From: a virus
Taxonomy: Duplodnaviria > Caudoviricetes
Strand: one strand, 5' to 3'
DNA: 64,000 bases
Virus record (IMG/VR): IMGVR_UViG_3300027759_000044
The position numbers and the translations under genes are program-made. Below the pieces are notes generated by a model. That model was not told where the DNA came from, made no database searches, and saw only the letters and a program-made list of their open reading frames with translations. Shown piece after piece: positions 44,102-54,383 of this stretch. How positions within the stretch are numbered: position 1 is the first letter of the stretch; each line of letters opens with the position of its first letter.

Positions 44102-45079
44102 ATGTTTGATATTTTATCCATAATTCCCGGCAAGAAAAAGACTACAAGTAGCGGATGGCATAGCTTTAATGCTATCTGTTGTGGTCATCTTGGTCATAAA
44201 CCTGATCGCAGAATGCGTGGTGGTATTAAGTTTGACGGACAAACTAACTGGTCTATGCATTGCTTTAACTGTGGATACAAATGTAACTTTGTATTAGGTC
44301 GTAGCATAAGTTATAAAACAAAACAACTATTGTTATGGTGCGGCATTGATGACACCCAAATAGGTAAGTGGAGCATAGAAAGCCTACAGCAAAAAGATTT
44401 ACTTGAAATTGTTATACAAAAGAAAACTAAAATAAAAATCAAATTCAAGGATCATGAATTACCTGAAGGTGAAATGTTAGATGGAAATAATCCATTACAC
44501 AAAGTGTACATTGATTATGTGCAGTCGAGGGGGATAAATTATAATGAGTATCCGTTCTTAATAACACCAACTGCAAAAGGTCGTTACGCAAATAGAATAA
44601 TCATTCCCTACACTTATAAGAATAAAATTGTTGGTCACACTAGCAGATTCTTAGACAATAAAATACCAAAATACATTAACGAACAACAGCCTGGCTATGT
44701 GTTCAATATTGATATACAGAAACCCGAATGGCAAGTATGTATATTGACTGAAGGCATATTTGATGCATTAAGTATTGATGGTATAGCAATTATGCACGAT
44801 GACATTAGCAATGAACAAGCACAATTAATTGCGTCATTAAATAAACAAATTATTGTAGTACCTGATAGAGATAAAACAGGTTTAAAGATATGTGATAGAG
44901 CATTAGAATTAGGCTATAGCGTTAGTTTACCTAATTGGGAACCGGATATTAAGGACGTCAACGATGCTGTTGTAAGATATGGCAAGTTGCCAACTCTATT
45001 AAGCATCTTGCAAAGTGCTACAATGAGTAAAATAAAAATAGAAATACAGAGGAAGAAAATTGAGAAAACAATCGGATAA
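44102..45079 (+). CDS. DNA primase
   Basis: Zn-binding CCxH...HCFNC; TOPRIM TEGIFDA, DRD, KDVND. Confidence 0.88.
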   Translation: MFDILSIIPGKKKTTSSGWHSFNAICCGHLGHKPDRRMRGGIKFDGQTNWSMHCFNCGYKCNFVLGRSISYKTKQLLLWCGIDDTQIGKWSIESLQQKDLLEIVIQKKTKIKIKFKDHELPEGEMLDGNNPLHKVYIDYVQSRGINYNEYPFLITPTAKGRYANRIIIPYTYKNKIVGHTSRFLDNKIPKYINEQQPGYVFNIDIQKPEWQVCILTEGIFDALSIDGIAIMHDDISNEQAQLIASLNKQIIVVPDRDKTGLKICDRALELGYSVSLPNWEPDIKDVNDAVVRYGKLPTLLSILQSATMSKIKIEIQRKKIEKTIG

Positions 45080-46499
45080 TAAAGAATATAGTGTAGAATT
45101 GCAGAAGTTGTTTCTGCAAATGATGATTACAAATGCCGAGTTATACACCAGAGTTATGAACATTATGAACTCGGAGAACTTTGATAAATCATTAAGATCG
45201 GCAGCAGAGTTATTTAAAGAACATACAACAAAATATGGGGTACTACCCGACAGTACACAAATTAAAGCATTAACTGGTATGGATCTTGAAATAATACCTG
45301 AATTGAGTCAGGGACATTATGATTGGTTCTTTGAAGAATTTGAATCATTTACTAAACGACAAGAATTAGAAAGAGCAATATTAAAAAGTGCTGACTTACT
45401 TGAGAAGGGTGATTTTGGTCCTGTTGAAAAATTAATTAAAGATGCGGTACAAATCAGTTTACAAAAAGACATGGGTACAGATTATTTTGCTGATCCGGCA
45501 GGGCGTATTAACAAATACTTTAACAGTGGTGGGCAAGTCAGTACAGGCTGGCCACAGATGGATAAGATTCTTTATGGTGGCATGAGTCGTGGAGAATTGA
45601 ATATCTTTGCGGGTGGTTCAGGATCAGGTAAATCACTTGTAATGATGAACATAGCATTAAATTGGTTACAGACAGGTATGAGTGGGGTATATGTCACATT
45701 AGAATTGAGTGAAGAACTAACTAGTTTGCGTACTGATGCGATGTTAACTAATATGGGCACAAGAGATATTCGTAAAGATATTGGATCAACTGAACTTAAA
45801 GTTAAGATGGTTGGTAAGAAAGCAGGACAATATCGTGTTAAAGCATTACCAGCACAAAGCAATGTAAATGACATTCGTGCTTATTTAAAAGAGGTTCAGA
45901 TTCAAACAGGTATTAACATTGATTTTGTGATGATTGATTATTTGGATCTAGTAATGCCTGTCTCTGTTAAAGTTAACCCTAACGATCAGTTTATCAAAGA
46001 CAAATATGTTGCTGAAGAATTGCGTAATCTTGCAAAAGAAATGAGTATTTTAATGGTAACAGCGTCACAGTTAAATCGTAGTGCGGTGGATGAGATTGAG
46101 TTTGATCATAGTCATATTGCTGGTGGTATCAGTAAGATTAATACAGCAGATAATGTGTTTGGTATCTTTACAAGTCGTAGTATGCGGGAGCGTGGGAAGT
46201 ATCAGATCCAATGTATGAAGTCCCGTAGTTCAACTGGTGTTGGCATGAAAATTGACCTAGAGTACAATATTGAAACTATGCGTATTAGTGACAACGGAGG
46301 TGATGGTGATGATAGTTATAGACCACAACCTAGTGCTACTCAGATTATGAGTTATTTGAAGCCACAATCTACCTTACAATCTACAGAACCTATCATAGAT
46401 CAGGCTACAGGAGAGATATTAGAGGCGGAAAACAAGAAAATTGTAGTAGATGTTCAGGGATCAAAATTGAAGAATTTGCTGAATAGTTTAAAGAAATAA
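45060..46499 (+). CDS. Replicative DnaB-like helicase (gp41-like)
   Basis: GGSGSGKS, TLELSE, IDYLDL, TASQLNRS, KSRS. Confidence 0.9.
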   Translation: MRKQSDNKEYSVELQKLFLQMMITNAELYTRVMNIMNSENFDKSLRSAAELFKEHTTKYGVLPDSTQIKALTGMDLEIIPELSQGHYDWFFEEFESFTKRQELERAILKSADLLEKGDFGPVEKLIKDAVQISLQKDMGTDYFADPAGRINKYFNSGGQVSTGWPQMDKILYGGMSRGELNIFAGGSGSGKSLVMMNIALNWLQTGMSGVYVTLELSEELTSLRTDAMLTNMGTRDIRKDIGSTELKVKMVGKKAGQYRVKALPAQSNVNDIRAYLKEVQIQTGINIDFVMIDYLDLVMPVSVKVNPNDQFIKDKYVAEELRNLAKEMSILMVTASQLNRSAVDEIEFDHSHIAGGISKINTADNVFGIFTSRSMRERGKYQIQCMKSRSSTGVGMKIDLEYNIETMRISDNGGDGDDSYRPQPSATQIMSYLKPQSTLQSTEPIIDQATGEILEAENKKIVVDVQGSKLKNLLNSLKK

Positions 46500-46535
46500 A
46501 ACCGTAAAGTAGATAAATACTATTAGGAAACTATT

Positions 46536-46790
46536 ATGCAAAAACAAACTCGCAGCCTTCTGCAGGAATTGGAAGCTATCGGCAATAATCGTGATACAAG
46601 TCATGTTATTGAGAGTAGAGCCCACAACATCATTACTAGTGCTATCAATTTGTTAGAGATGATTAATAGGAATTATCCTAAAGAACAAGCAGAGATATTA
46701 GAGAGAAAGTTGCTTGGTGCGATTAAATCACGTGACCAAGGAAAGTTTTCCAAATCAATAAAGAAAAACAGTGACAAAGAGCAGTTATGA
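46536..46790 (+). CDS. Hypothetical late protein
   Basis: Late promoter at 46513. Confidence 0.65.
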   Translation: MQKQTRSLLQELEAIGNNRDTSHVIESRAHNIITSAINLLEMINRNYPKEQAEILERKLLGAIKSRDQGKFSKSIKKNSDKEQL

Positions 46791-48109
46791 ATTTATCGGA
46801 ATCGTTATCTATATTAAGCAATAAACTATCCTCTATTATATTATCAGAGACCGAGTTGACCACAGCACATTTAACACATCCAGAAGATATAATTGTTATG
46901 AAAGGTAGTGAAGGTTTAGAAAATGCACTAGACCGAATGACTTCTACACTACAACAACCAGAGCAAGCAACAATCAAGTGGGACGGTAGTCCTGCACTAA
47001 TATTTGGAAATGGCCCTGATGGTAAGTTCAGAGTTATGGACAAACATATGTTTGACAAAGTAGATGACAGTGGTAGAAATGTATTCAGTCCTAAACAGTT
47101 TGCTCAATATGATGTAAATAGAGGAGTAGACAGGGGAACTATGATACAAGACATTACCAATCTATGGCCTGGCTTACAAAAAGCAACTCCTAACACTCCC
47201 GGATACTACTGGGGTGATGTACTGTTTGGTGCACCGTTAACAGATACAAATGGATTCTATATCTTTAGACCCAATCCTACAGGAATTGAATATAAAATTC
47301 AAGCAAATAGTCCTTTTGCACAACAGAATATAAAAGGTAAACGTGCCGGCATAGCTGTACATCAGTTTATACCAGCAGATGCACATCAAAAAGCATTAGA
47401 AGCAAATATAGAAGCAAAACGTAGGGGTAGTAACGAAAAATACGTAGCAACTATGTTCTCCCAATCACTTAATGGTGGTTTGGGAAATCTCCAAGTTTCA
47501 CCAAAGTCTAGTATAGCTATACTCCCTAGTAAGATGGCTATTACTCCTGAAATGAATACTGCAGGATGGGATGATGCTATTGAACGAGTTAAACAGATGT
47601 TAGCACCTCTAGCTCCTAGTATTGATAAGTTTGTAGCTGGTATACCATTAGCTAACATAACAACAAACAATGCTTTTAAAGGATACCTCACTAGTTATAT
47701 TAACTATGAAGTAAGAAAAATTGCCCCTAGTTTGAGTGCTAGTAAAACTCCCAAACAGCGTGATGCTGTTATCAATAATGCATTGAAGATGATGGGTAAA
47801 GACTTTATGAATTATGTACAGCAGAAGTTAGATACGAACGCAAAGATGCCAGACAACAATAAACAAATGATATTGAATCACATCAAAGCTAATCAAAAGG
47901 GTATGCTTAACTTGTATAGAGTCTGGGCTGAGGTATACAAGCTTAAAATGCACGTATATAATGACTTAGATGTTGCCGGGAAACAGAGTCCAGTCAAGGG
48001 TTACTTGCAAGGGGGTGCAGAGAGCCAAGAAGGCTATGTAGCACACGGAGTCAAGTATGTAGACCGTTTAGGTGGCTTTAGCGCACAACATTTGGGTGGA
48101 CGAGGATAA
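46787..48109 (+). CDS. Protein with ligase-like nucleotidyltransferase motifs
   Basis: HLTHPED, KWDGSP (KxDG), GDVLF, EGYV, KYVDR. Confidence 0.5.
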   Translation: MNLSESLSILSNKLSSIILSETELTTAHLTHPEDIIVMKGSEGLENALDRMTSTLQQPEQATIKWDGSPALIFGNGPDGKFRVMDKHMFDKVDDSGRNVFSPKQFAQYDVNRGVDRGTMIQDITNLWPGLQKATPNTPGYYWGDVLFGAPLTDTNGFYIFRPNPTGIEYKIQANSPFAQQNIKGKRAGIAVHQFIPADAHQKALEANIEAKRRGSNEKYVATMFSQSLNGGLGNLQVSPKSSIAILPSKMAITPEMNTAGWDDAIERVKQMLAPLAPSIDKFVAGIPLANITTNNAFKGYLTSYINYEVRKIAPSLSASKTPKQRDAVINNALKMMGKDFMNYVQQKLDTNAKMPDNNKQMILNHIKANQKGMLNLYRVWAEVYKLKMHVYNDLDVAGKQSPVKGYLQGGAESQEGYVAHGVKYVDRLGGFSAQHLGGRG

Positions 48110-48192
48110 ATTAAGCCCAAAACCGACATTTTTTGTTGCCAGGCATAAATAATAGTAGAGCTATATGCTCACAAACTTAAAGGAATTTTAAA

Positions 48193-48576
48193 ATGTCACA
48201 ATTTACAAAAACAAACGGCGACTTGCTACCGGTAATTAACTATGACTTACCGTCATACACAAACAGCGGTGCAAACGCTGTTACTTCAGCGGCTACAGTT
48301 CAACCACAAGGTCCTAAGCTAGACTTCTTCACGATTACAGCTACTGGTGCTTTGACAGGTACTCAAGTTAACTTGATCATCCAAGCTACACAACAATTAG
48401 CTACAGTTTACTTGTATGAGTATACAGACGACACTAATGACACATTAGCAATGGCTGTATATCCAACAGGTGCATGGACAACTACAACTTTAGATGCCGC
48501 TGTTGAAGCAGTTCTAACGGCAGCTAGCTTGTCTAATTCTGTAACTACAACAGCTACAGCTACATTCACAGGTTAA
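48193..48576 (+). CDS. Probable abundant virion structural protein
   Basis: Own late promoter (48145), strong RBS, own terminator, Thr/Ala-rich. Confidence 0.55.
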   Translation: MSQFTKTNGDLLPVINYDLPSYTNSGANAVTSAATVQPQGPKLDFFTITATGALTGTQVNLIIQATQQLATVYLYEYTDDTNDTLAMAVYPTGAWTTTTLDAAVEAVLTAASLSNSVTTTATATFTG

Positions 48577-48596
48577 TTTTTAACTTGAATAAAAGG

Positions 48597-48621
48597 ACCC
48601 GAGAATTTCTCGGGTTTTTTT
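48597..48621 (+). terminator. Intrinsic terminator
   Basis: ACCCGAGA-ATT-TCTCGGGT followed by a U-tract. Confidence 0.85.
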
Positions 48622-48640
48622 ACCTCTATTAAATAGTAGT

Positions 48641-49099
48641 ATGAGTTACACTATTACTTGCTATACACTATTTGATATTACACCTACTGGAGTAGTCAAT
48701 CGAAGCCGTCCGGTTGTAGATGAAGAATTGATACCTTGGCTACATAAAAGAAATACACAATGTAATTTTGATACTGTATTACAAGCAATATCATTACGTA
48801 GCCAACCTGAAATTACTAGAACACCTGAAAAAACACAGATACGATTTGATGAATTTACTGACTTTGGTTTTTTATATCAACAACAAGAAAATGAATTATA
48901 TAACTGTTGGTCATTTGATTTTAGCATACAACATGCTAGTGTGTTTAATGACGATACAAATGATTTAGGAGCATTATATAGTGATTGTGACACGGTACCA
49001 ATGATTAAAACAGAAACAGTTTGGGACAAATTACCGGCATTTTTAGATACCAGCGCCGAACTACGTAACATATACTTTAAGGTAGTACAACATGGTTAA
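48641..49099 (+). CDS. Hypothetical protein
   Basis: Packed ORF. Confidence 0.65.
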   Translation: MSYTITCYTLFDITPTGVVNRSRPVVDEELIPWLHKRNTQCNFDTVLQAISLRSQPEITRTPEKTQIRFDEFTDFGFLYQQQENELYNCWSFDFSIQHASVFNDDTNDLGALYSDCDTVPMIKTETVWDKLPAFLDTSAELRNIYFKVVQHG

Positions 49100-49571
49100 G
49101 AAAATTAATACAGAAAAACAATTAGAAAAGTTAATGAAAACTGAATTTGTAGGGCAGTTAGAAGATGTTATTATTTTTCAAAATTCTGACAATAGTTATG
49201 AGTTATTCAATATGTATCATATTAATAAGAATGATACTAATGAATATATAGTGAAAATGCACACTACATTCACTACTCATAATTTTAATACTCTTAAACA
49301 TGCTGTAGCATGGTGTACGTTTGATAAAAGAAATATGCTATATCAATCAAATAGGATAATTAAATTGGACAATTTATTAGCTGGATTAGAAGTAGATATA
49401 TCATTACATACCAAAATGTTTAAAAATGCCAAAAATACAGACGATCGGTTAATATTTTTATCCAAATTAAGTGAAGATAAGCTAAAAAAACGACAGATTA
49501 CGGATGAATTATATACATATATTAATGATTCCAAAAAATGGCAAACTAACAGATTTAACGCAAAACCCTAA
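49092..49571 (+). CDS. Hypothetical protein
   Basis: Overlap-coupled ORF. Confidence 0.65.
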   Translation: MVKKINTEKQLEKLMKTEFVGQLEDVIIFQNSDNSYELFNMYHINKNDTNEYIVKMHTTFTTHNFNTLKHAVAWCTFDKRNMLYQSNRIIKLDNLLAGLEVDISLHTKMFKNAKNTDDRLIFLSKLSEDKLKKRQITDELYTYINDSKKWQTNRFNAKP

Positions 49572-49620
49572 CAATAAAACAAAAAAGATAAATACTTTAT
49601 CTTAGTCTTGGAATATAATT

Positions 49621-50352
49621 ATGAAACTAACTGAATTCGACAACAAAAAAATATCAACTGCTAAAAGAGCGTTGAATGAACACTATTCTCTTCCGTTCAA
49701 TACAAAGAGAATGTCCGTAACGGAAACTAGGTCTATGCTTAGTAAAGTTCGTGGATTGATTAATGAAACTAAATCATCTAATGAATTTTATCAAAGCCAA
49801 ACTAGTCCATCGTACATGAAACTAGTATTTATGGAACAAGCATTAGCTGACCATTTTAGCTATTTACAGTCATTACCTAGAACTCGCATCGTTGTAGAAA
49901 ACGAAGAAGTTGAGAAGTCACAGGTTGTTCTTGCAGCCCAAGACATGGTAGACCAAGTACAGAAAATGGTTGAAGAAGTATCTGATATGTTAGTAAAAGA
50001 ATTACCAGCATTAACATCAGGTGTTCAAAGCGAGATTGGTGTAAATGAAAGTGAAACTTTCAGCCAACAAGTTACTGAAGCATTAACTGCATTGCAAGCC
50101 GCATTGACACAAAGCAAAGGAACATTACAATCTGCATTGAACGGTATTACTGGTCAAGGTGGTGATATGATGAGTTCTGCTGATGATGCTTTTGGTGATG
50201 ATTCGGGTGAAGAGACCGCAGATTTAAATGTAGATATGTCGGGTGATCTAGCCGGTGATGGTGATGATGATTTCAGCGTTGATGATGACATTTCTGTTGA
50301 AGAACCAGAAGAAGAAGTACCTGTAGCAGGTGCCGGTCGCCTAAAGAGATAA
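49621..50352 (+). CDS. Probable prohead core/scaffold-type protein
   Basis: Late promoter 49588; helical with very acidic tail; starts MKLTEF. Confidence 0.45.
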   Translation: MKLTEFDNKKISTAKRALNEHYSLPFNTKRMSVTETRSMLSKVRGLINETKSSNEFYQSQTSPSYMKLVFMEQALADHFSYLQSLPRTRIVVENEEVEKSQVVLAAQDMVDQVQKMVEEVSDMLVKELPALTSGVQSEIGVNESETFSQQVTEALTALQAALTQSKGTLQSALNGITGQGGDMMSSADDAFGDDSGEETADLNVDMSGDLAGDGDDDFSVDDDISVEEPEEEVPVAGAGRLKR

Positions 50353-50675
50353 TGCGTTTATTTGAACTATCCAATCCAAACCCACTATTAGTAAGATTAG
50401 TTGCTGTAACAAGTCAGTTAACTAGCGATATTGATAGTGGTGTTGAACATTCGGATTGGACAGTAGATGAATTATTACAATTCTATAAAGATAATGATAT
50501 CATATTAGCCAAAGAAGATTTATATGATATGATTAAAAAATTACCATTGAAGAATAAAATCTCAAATATACAAGGTGATAAGGTTATATTCAAAGGTCAA
50601 GAAACTCCAGTTGAACCTGAAGAAGAAGATAGCAAAAAAGTTGTCAAACAAATGGCACAAAAAGCAATGAAGTAA
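50352..50675 (+). CDS. Hypothetical late protein
   Basis: Starts MRLFEL; TAATG-coupled. Confidence 0.65.
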   Translation: MRLFELSNPNPLLVRLVAVTSQLTSDIDSGVEHSDWTVDELLQFYKDNDIILAKEDLYDMIKKLPLKNKISNIQGDKVIFKGQETPVEPEEEDSKKVVKQMAQKAMK

Positions 50676-50676
50676 G

Positions 50677-51003
50677 ATGATTACAATCACTGAAAAAGCT
50701 TCAAACAAAATAAAACAAATAATAACAAAACGTGGTAAGGGTCTAGGTATACGAATAGGCGTTAAGACTACCGGATGTAGTGGTTTGGCATATGTTTTGG
50801 AATATGTAGACGAATACAAATATGATGAATCCATCATTAATTACGCCCAAAATGAGTTTATTGTTTTAGTAGATAAGAAACATGATGTATACTTAAAGAA
50901 CATGATAGTTGACTATGTACGTAATGGATTAAACGAAGGATTTGAATTCAGTAATCCAAATGAGCGTGATAGATGCGGATGCGGAGAGAGTTTTAGAGTT
51001 TAA
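50677..51003 (+). CDS. iscA: A-type Fe-S cluster carrier (IscA/HesB family)
   Basis: ITITEKA, RIGVKTTGCSGLAY, FSNPN...CGCGESF. Confidence 0.93.
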   Translation: MITITEKASNKIKQIITKRGKGLGIRIGVKTTGCSGLAYVLEYVDEYKYDESIINYAQNEFIVLVDKKHDVYLKNMIVDYVRNGLNEGFEFSNPNERDRCGCGESFRV

Positions 51004-51047
51004 CCTAAATCATTGCGTTAGGTTATAAAATACAGTATAATAGCTTG

Positions 51048-51734
51048 ATGTACAATCCAAACAAATATAATTACGTTCCTTTGCTTAGGGAAACAATAAA
51101 TGGCTCACGTAAATACGCCACGCCTGATGGTGAGAAACTTCCTAGTGTCACTACAATACTAGATGCTACTAAAAGTGAAGAATCTAAACAAGCATTACAA
51201 AATTGGCGAAAGCGAGTTGGTGTTCAGAAAGCACAAGAAATCACAACAGAAGCCGCAGGTCGTGGAACACGAATGCACAAGTGGTTAGAAGATTATATTA
51301 AGACAGGAGTACTCAATGAGCCCGGAAGCAATCCGTATAGCTTGCAAAGCCATAAAATGGCCCAATCAATCATTAATCAAGGCCTTAGCAAGTGTAGTGA
51401 ATGGTGGGGTACAGAAGTTCCTCTCTATTATCCAAAAATTTACGCAGGGACGACAGATTTAGTTGGTATACATGATGGCAGTGATGCTATTATGGACCAT
51501 AAGCAAACAAACAAGCCTAAAAAACGTGAGTGGATTGATGATTATTTTGTTCAGTTAGCAGCCTATGCTAATGCTCATAATGAAGTTCATGGCACAAAGA
51601 TTCGTAAAGGTGTTATTTTTATGTGTTCTGCCGCAAATGAATATCAGGAATTTATCTTAGAAGGTCCTGAATTTGTAAAGTATAGTGATATATGGTTTAA
51701 CCGTGTTGAAAAGTATTATGAACAGTTCTTGTAA
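51048..51734 (+). CDS. PD-(D/E)XK exonuclease (Cas4/lambda-exo-like)
   Basis: PSVTTIL, GTRMH, AGTTDL, MDHKQ, QLAAYA. Confidence 0.85.
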   Translation: MYNPNKYNYVPLLRETINGSRKYATPDGEKLPSVTTILDATKSEESKQALQNWRKRVGVQKAQEITTEAAGRGTRMHKWLEDYIKTGVLNEPGSNPYSLQSHKMAQSIINQGLSKCSEWWGTEVPLYYPKIYAGTTDLVGIHDGSDAIMDHKQTNKPKKREWIDDYFVQLAAYANAHNEVHGTKIRKGVIFMCSAANEYQEFILEGPEFVKYSDIWFNRVEKYYEQFL

Positions 51735-51778
51735 CAAATAATGATAAATAAGTATAAATCTTCTAAAGAATTATACTT

Positions 51779-53701
51779 ATGGCCATTATACAGATATCAA
51801 AAATCCAACAGCGTTCAGGTAACCTTGTAGACCTGCCACAATTATCAGAAGCACAATTAGGTTGGGCTAATGATGCTAAACGCCTTTTTATAGGTGGAAC
51901 AGGCAATGCTAATACCTATAATGAAAACATTGAAGTATTAACATCTTATTCTGATATTACCTTTAGTCAGATTAACGGTAGTGAGGGTAATTTAAATATT
52001 TCCAATGCTCAGACTGGTCAAATTCTAACCTATGTAGCTAGTACAAATACTTGGGATAATGCAGGTGGTAACGCATTACAACCCGGCAATTCCGCATTAT
52101 ATACCGGCGGTAATATTCATTTGGGTGATGTATCTACTCTTAAAATTGGTGGCGGAGCAATAGGATATGTGTTAGAAACAGATGGTGTGGGTAATCTAAC
52201 ATGGACACCCAAATCAACAATTACAGCATACATTAGCGCAGTAACAAAAGCTAATCCTGGTGTAGTAACCACTACCGAAGATAATTTCTTTACTGAAGGT
52301 GCTGAAATAACTATCACTAATGTTGGTGGTATGGTAGAGCTTAATGGTGGAAGTTTTTATGTAAATATATTAACTTCTAACACGTTTTCTTTGTACTCGG
52401 ATTCTGGTTTAACGACTCCGGTAGACACAACTGGATATACTACATATACAACCGGTGGTAGGGTAATATCTAGCGTAGGTGGCGCAGGAACTAGTGCAGC
52501 CGGCGGTAGCAATACTACTATTCAATTTAATGATAATAATGTCATTCAAGGCAACGCTGGATTTACGTTCAATAAAATTACAGGCGCAGTAGCTATTCCA
52601 GGTAACCTTACTGCAGGTAATGTAAGTGGTACACTAGTTACGGGTACATTAACAACTGTAGCACAACCAAACATCACAAGTGTTGGTACATTAACATCAC
52701 TTGTAGTTACTGGTAACATTACAGGTGCAAATTTAATAGGTAATCATTATGGTTCAGGTATTGGATTAACTTCTATTCCGGGTGCAAATGTAACAGGTCA
52801 AGTAGCTAATGCACTAGTAGCAGGGACAATCTATACTGCGGCACAACCAAATATCACATCAGTGGGTACATTAACAAGTTTAGCTGTAACGGGTAATATA
52901 AGTGGAGCAAATATTACTGGTACACATTATGGTTCAGGTATTGGATTAACTTCTATTCCGGGTGCAAATGTAACAGGTCAAGTAGCTAATGCACTAGTAG
53001 CAGGGACAGTATATACAAATGCACAACCAAATATCACTAGTGTTGGTACACTAACAACTGTAACTGTAAGCGGTAATGCCAATGTAGGTAATATATTAAC
53101 TGATAACTATAAGTATGCTAACGGTACTTCTATTAGTTTTGCCGGAACATATGGCAATAGTAATGTAAGTTTATTCTTAGCCTCATATGGTAGCAATACA
53201 ATTAGTACGACCGGTAACATAACTGCAGGTAATATTATTACTACTGTTTTAACAGCAGGAGCTAACACGACAGCAGGTAATATTACAGGTAACTGGTCAT
53301 TAACTACCGGATCTAAATTAACAGCAACATATGCTGACTTAGCAGAATATTATGAATCAGATAGACATTACGAACCCGGTACAGTACTGGCATTTGGTGG
53401 AGACAAAGAAGTTACAATCGCAGAAGATTCGACTACGAAAGTTGCAGGTATTGTATCAACTAATCCAGCATATGTAATGAATAGTTCTTGTCCAGGTCAA
53501 CATACAGTTGCATTAGCATTACAAGGTCGTGTTCCGTGTAAAGTACGTGGTAATATTAAAAAGGGTGATATGTTAGTAAGTGCAGGATATGGCTTTGCCA
53601 AATCTACACCCTTCCCAATATTGGGTACAGTGATTGGTAAATCATTAGAAAACTTTGATGGTGTAGAAGGCATCATTGAAGTAGCAGTCGGCAGACTTTA
53701 A
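51779..53701 (+). CDS. Tail fibre/baseplate-associated protein with internal 60-aa repeats and C-terminal chaperone-like domain
   Basis: N-terminal QISKIQQRSG...LGWA.D..RLFIG; AQPNITSVGTLT repeats; C-terminal ADLAEYY...GTV...G.VPCKV. Confidence 0.7.
   Translation: MAIIQISKIQQRSGNLVDLPQLSEAQLGWANDAKRLFIGGTGNANTYNENIEVLTSYSDITFSQINGSEGNLNISNAQTGQILTYVASTNTWDNAGGNALQPGNSALYTGGNIHLGDVSTLKIGGGAIGYVLETDGVGNLTWTPKSTITAYISAVTKANPGVVTTTEDNFFTEGAEITITNVGGMVELNGGSFYVNILTSNTFSLYSDSGLTTPVDTTGYTTYTTGGRVISSVGGAGTSAAGGSNTTIQFNDNNVIQGNAGFTFNKITGAVAIPGNLTAGNVSGTLVTGTLTTVAQPNITSVGTLTSLVVTGNITGANLIGNHYGSGIGLTSIPGANVTGQVANALVAGTIYTAAQPNITSVGTLTSLAVTGNISGANITGTHYGSGIGLTSIPGANVTGQVANALVAGTVYTNAQPNITSVGTLTTVTVSGNANVGNILTDNYKYANGTSISFAGTYGNSNVSLFLASYGSNTISTTGNITAGNIITTVLTAGANTTAGNITGNWSLTTGSKLTATYADLAEYYESDRHYEPGTVLAFGGDKEVTIAEDSTTKVAGIVSTNPAYVMNSSCPGQHTVALALQGRVPCKVRGNIKKGDMLVSAGYGFAKSTPFPILGTVIGKSLENFDGVEGIIEVAVGRL
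52745..53008 (+). repeat. 180-bp-period in-frame tandem repeat
   Basis: 84 identical bp at 52745-52828 and 52925-53008. Confidence 0.9.
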
Positions 53702-53719
53702 AATAATAGGAAAAATAAA

Positions 53720-54277
53720 ATGGCATCATACGCATATACAGCAAACACTTCATCAGCTTCGGCATCAGCAAATATAGCAACTGATAAAATAAGAATTGCT
53801 ACTAGCAATGTAGGAATACAATATACAACTAGCTTCCCCAATGTTGCGATAACAGGAAACGTAACATGTAATACAAGTAGTGCTACGGTTACTGGTGTAG
53901 CTACATTGTTTACTACTCAATTAAATGTTGGAGCCTGGATAGGTAATATTACTGGATCTAACGTGGGTATTATAAAAGCTATTGCTAATAATACTAGTTT
54001 AACTTTAACCGCTAATGCATCAGTAGCTATTTCAAATACTACTGCTAGATATAACCCATATGGTGTTGCTTATACTGTAGCAAATGCCAATAGCGAATTG
54101 GTTCCACCTAATACCGTTAATAATAGTATTATTGTAGGACAAGGTAATATTGTATCTTATCTATCAACAGCGGGTGCAAATTCACTATTCACTATTACTG
54201 AATTAGGAGCTCCTCATGCTAATACAGGCACATCTGGTGTAAATGCTACACCGGCACTTGGCGGTCCTGTAGAGTAA
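53720..54277 (+). CDS. Structural, beta-rich Asn/Thr/Ala protein
   Basis: Lies in the late tail cluster; AGGA RBS. Confidence 0.6.
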   Translation: MASYAYTANTSSASASANIATDKIRIATSNVGIQYTTSFPNVAITGNVTCNTSSATVTGVATLFTTQLNVGAWIGNITGSNVGIIKAIANNTSLTLTANASVAISNTTARYNPYGVAYTVANANSELVPPNTVNNSIIVGQGNIVSYLSTAGANSLFTITELGAPHANTGTSGVNATPALGGPVE

Positions 54278-54383
54278 AATATACCTTTATAGATAAATAC
54301 TTAATACATTCTCATTCTGAGAGTTTATGCAGTAACCCACTGCGTAGCGGCTAGAACCCGCTAATTTTATAAAGGAAAATCAA

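Noticed and set aside
51048-51734. Cas4-like nuclease as part of a CRISPR system
   Set aside because: No repeat-spacer array or other cas genes; stand-alone PD-(D/E)XK nucleases are common in phages.
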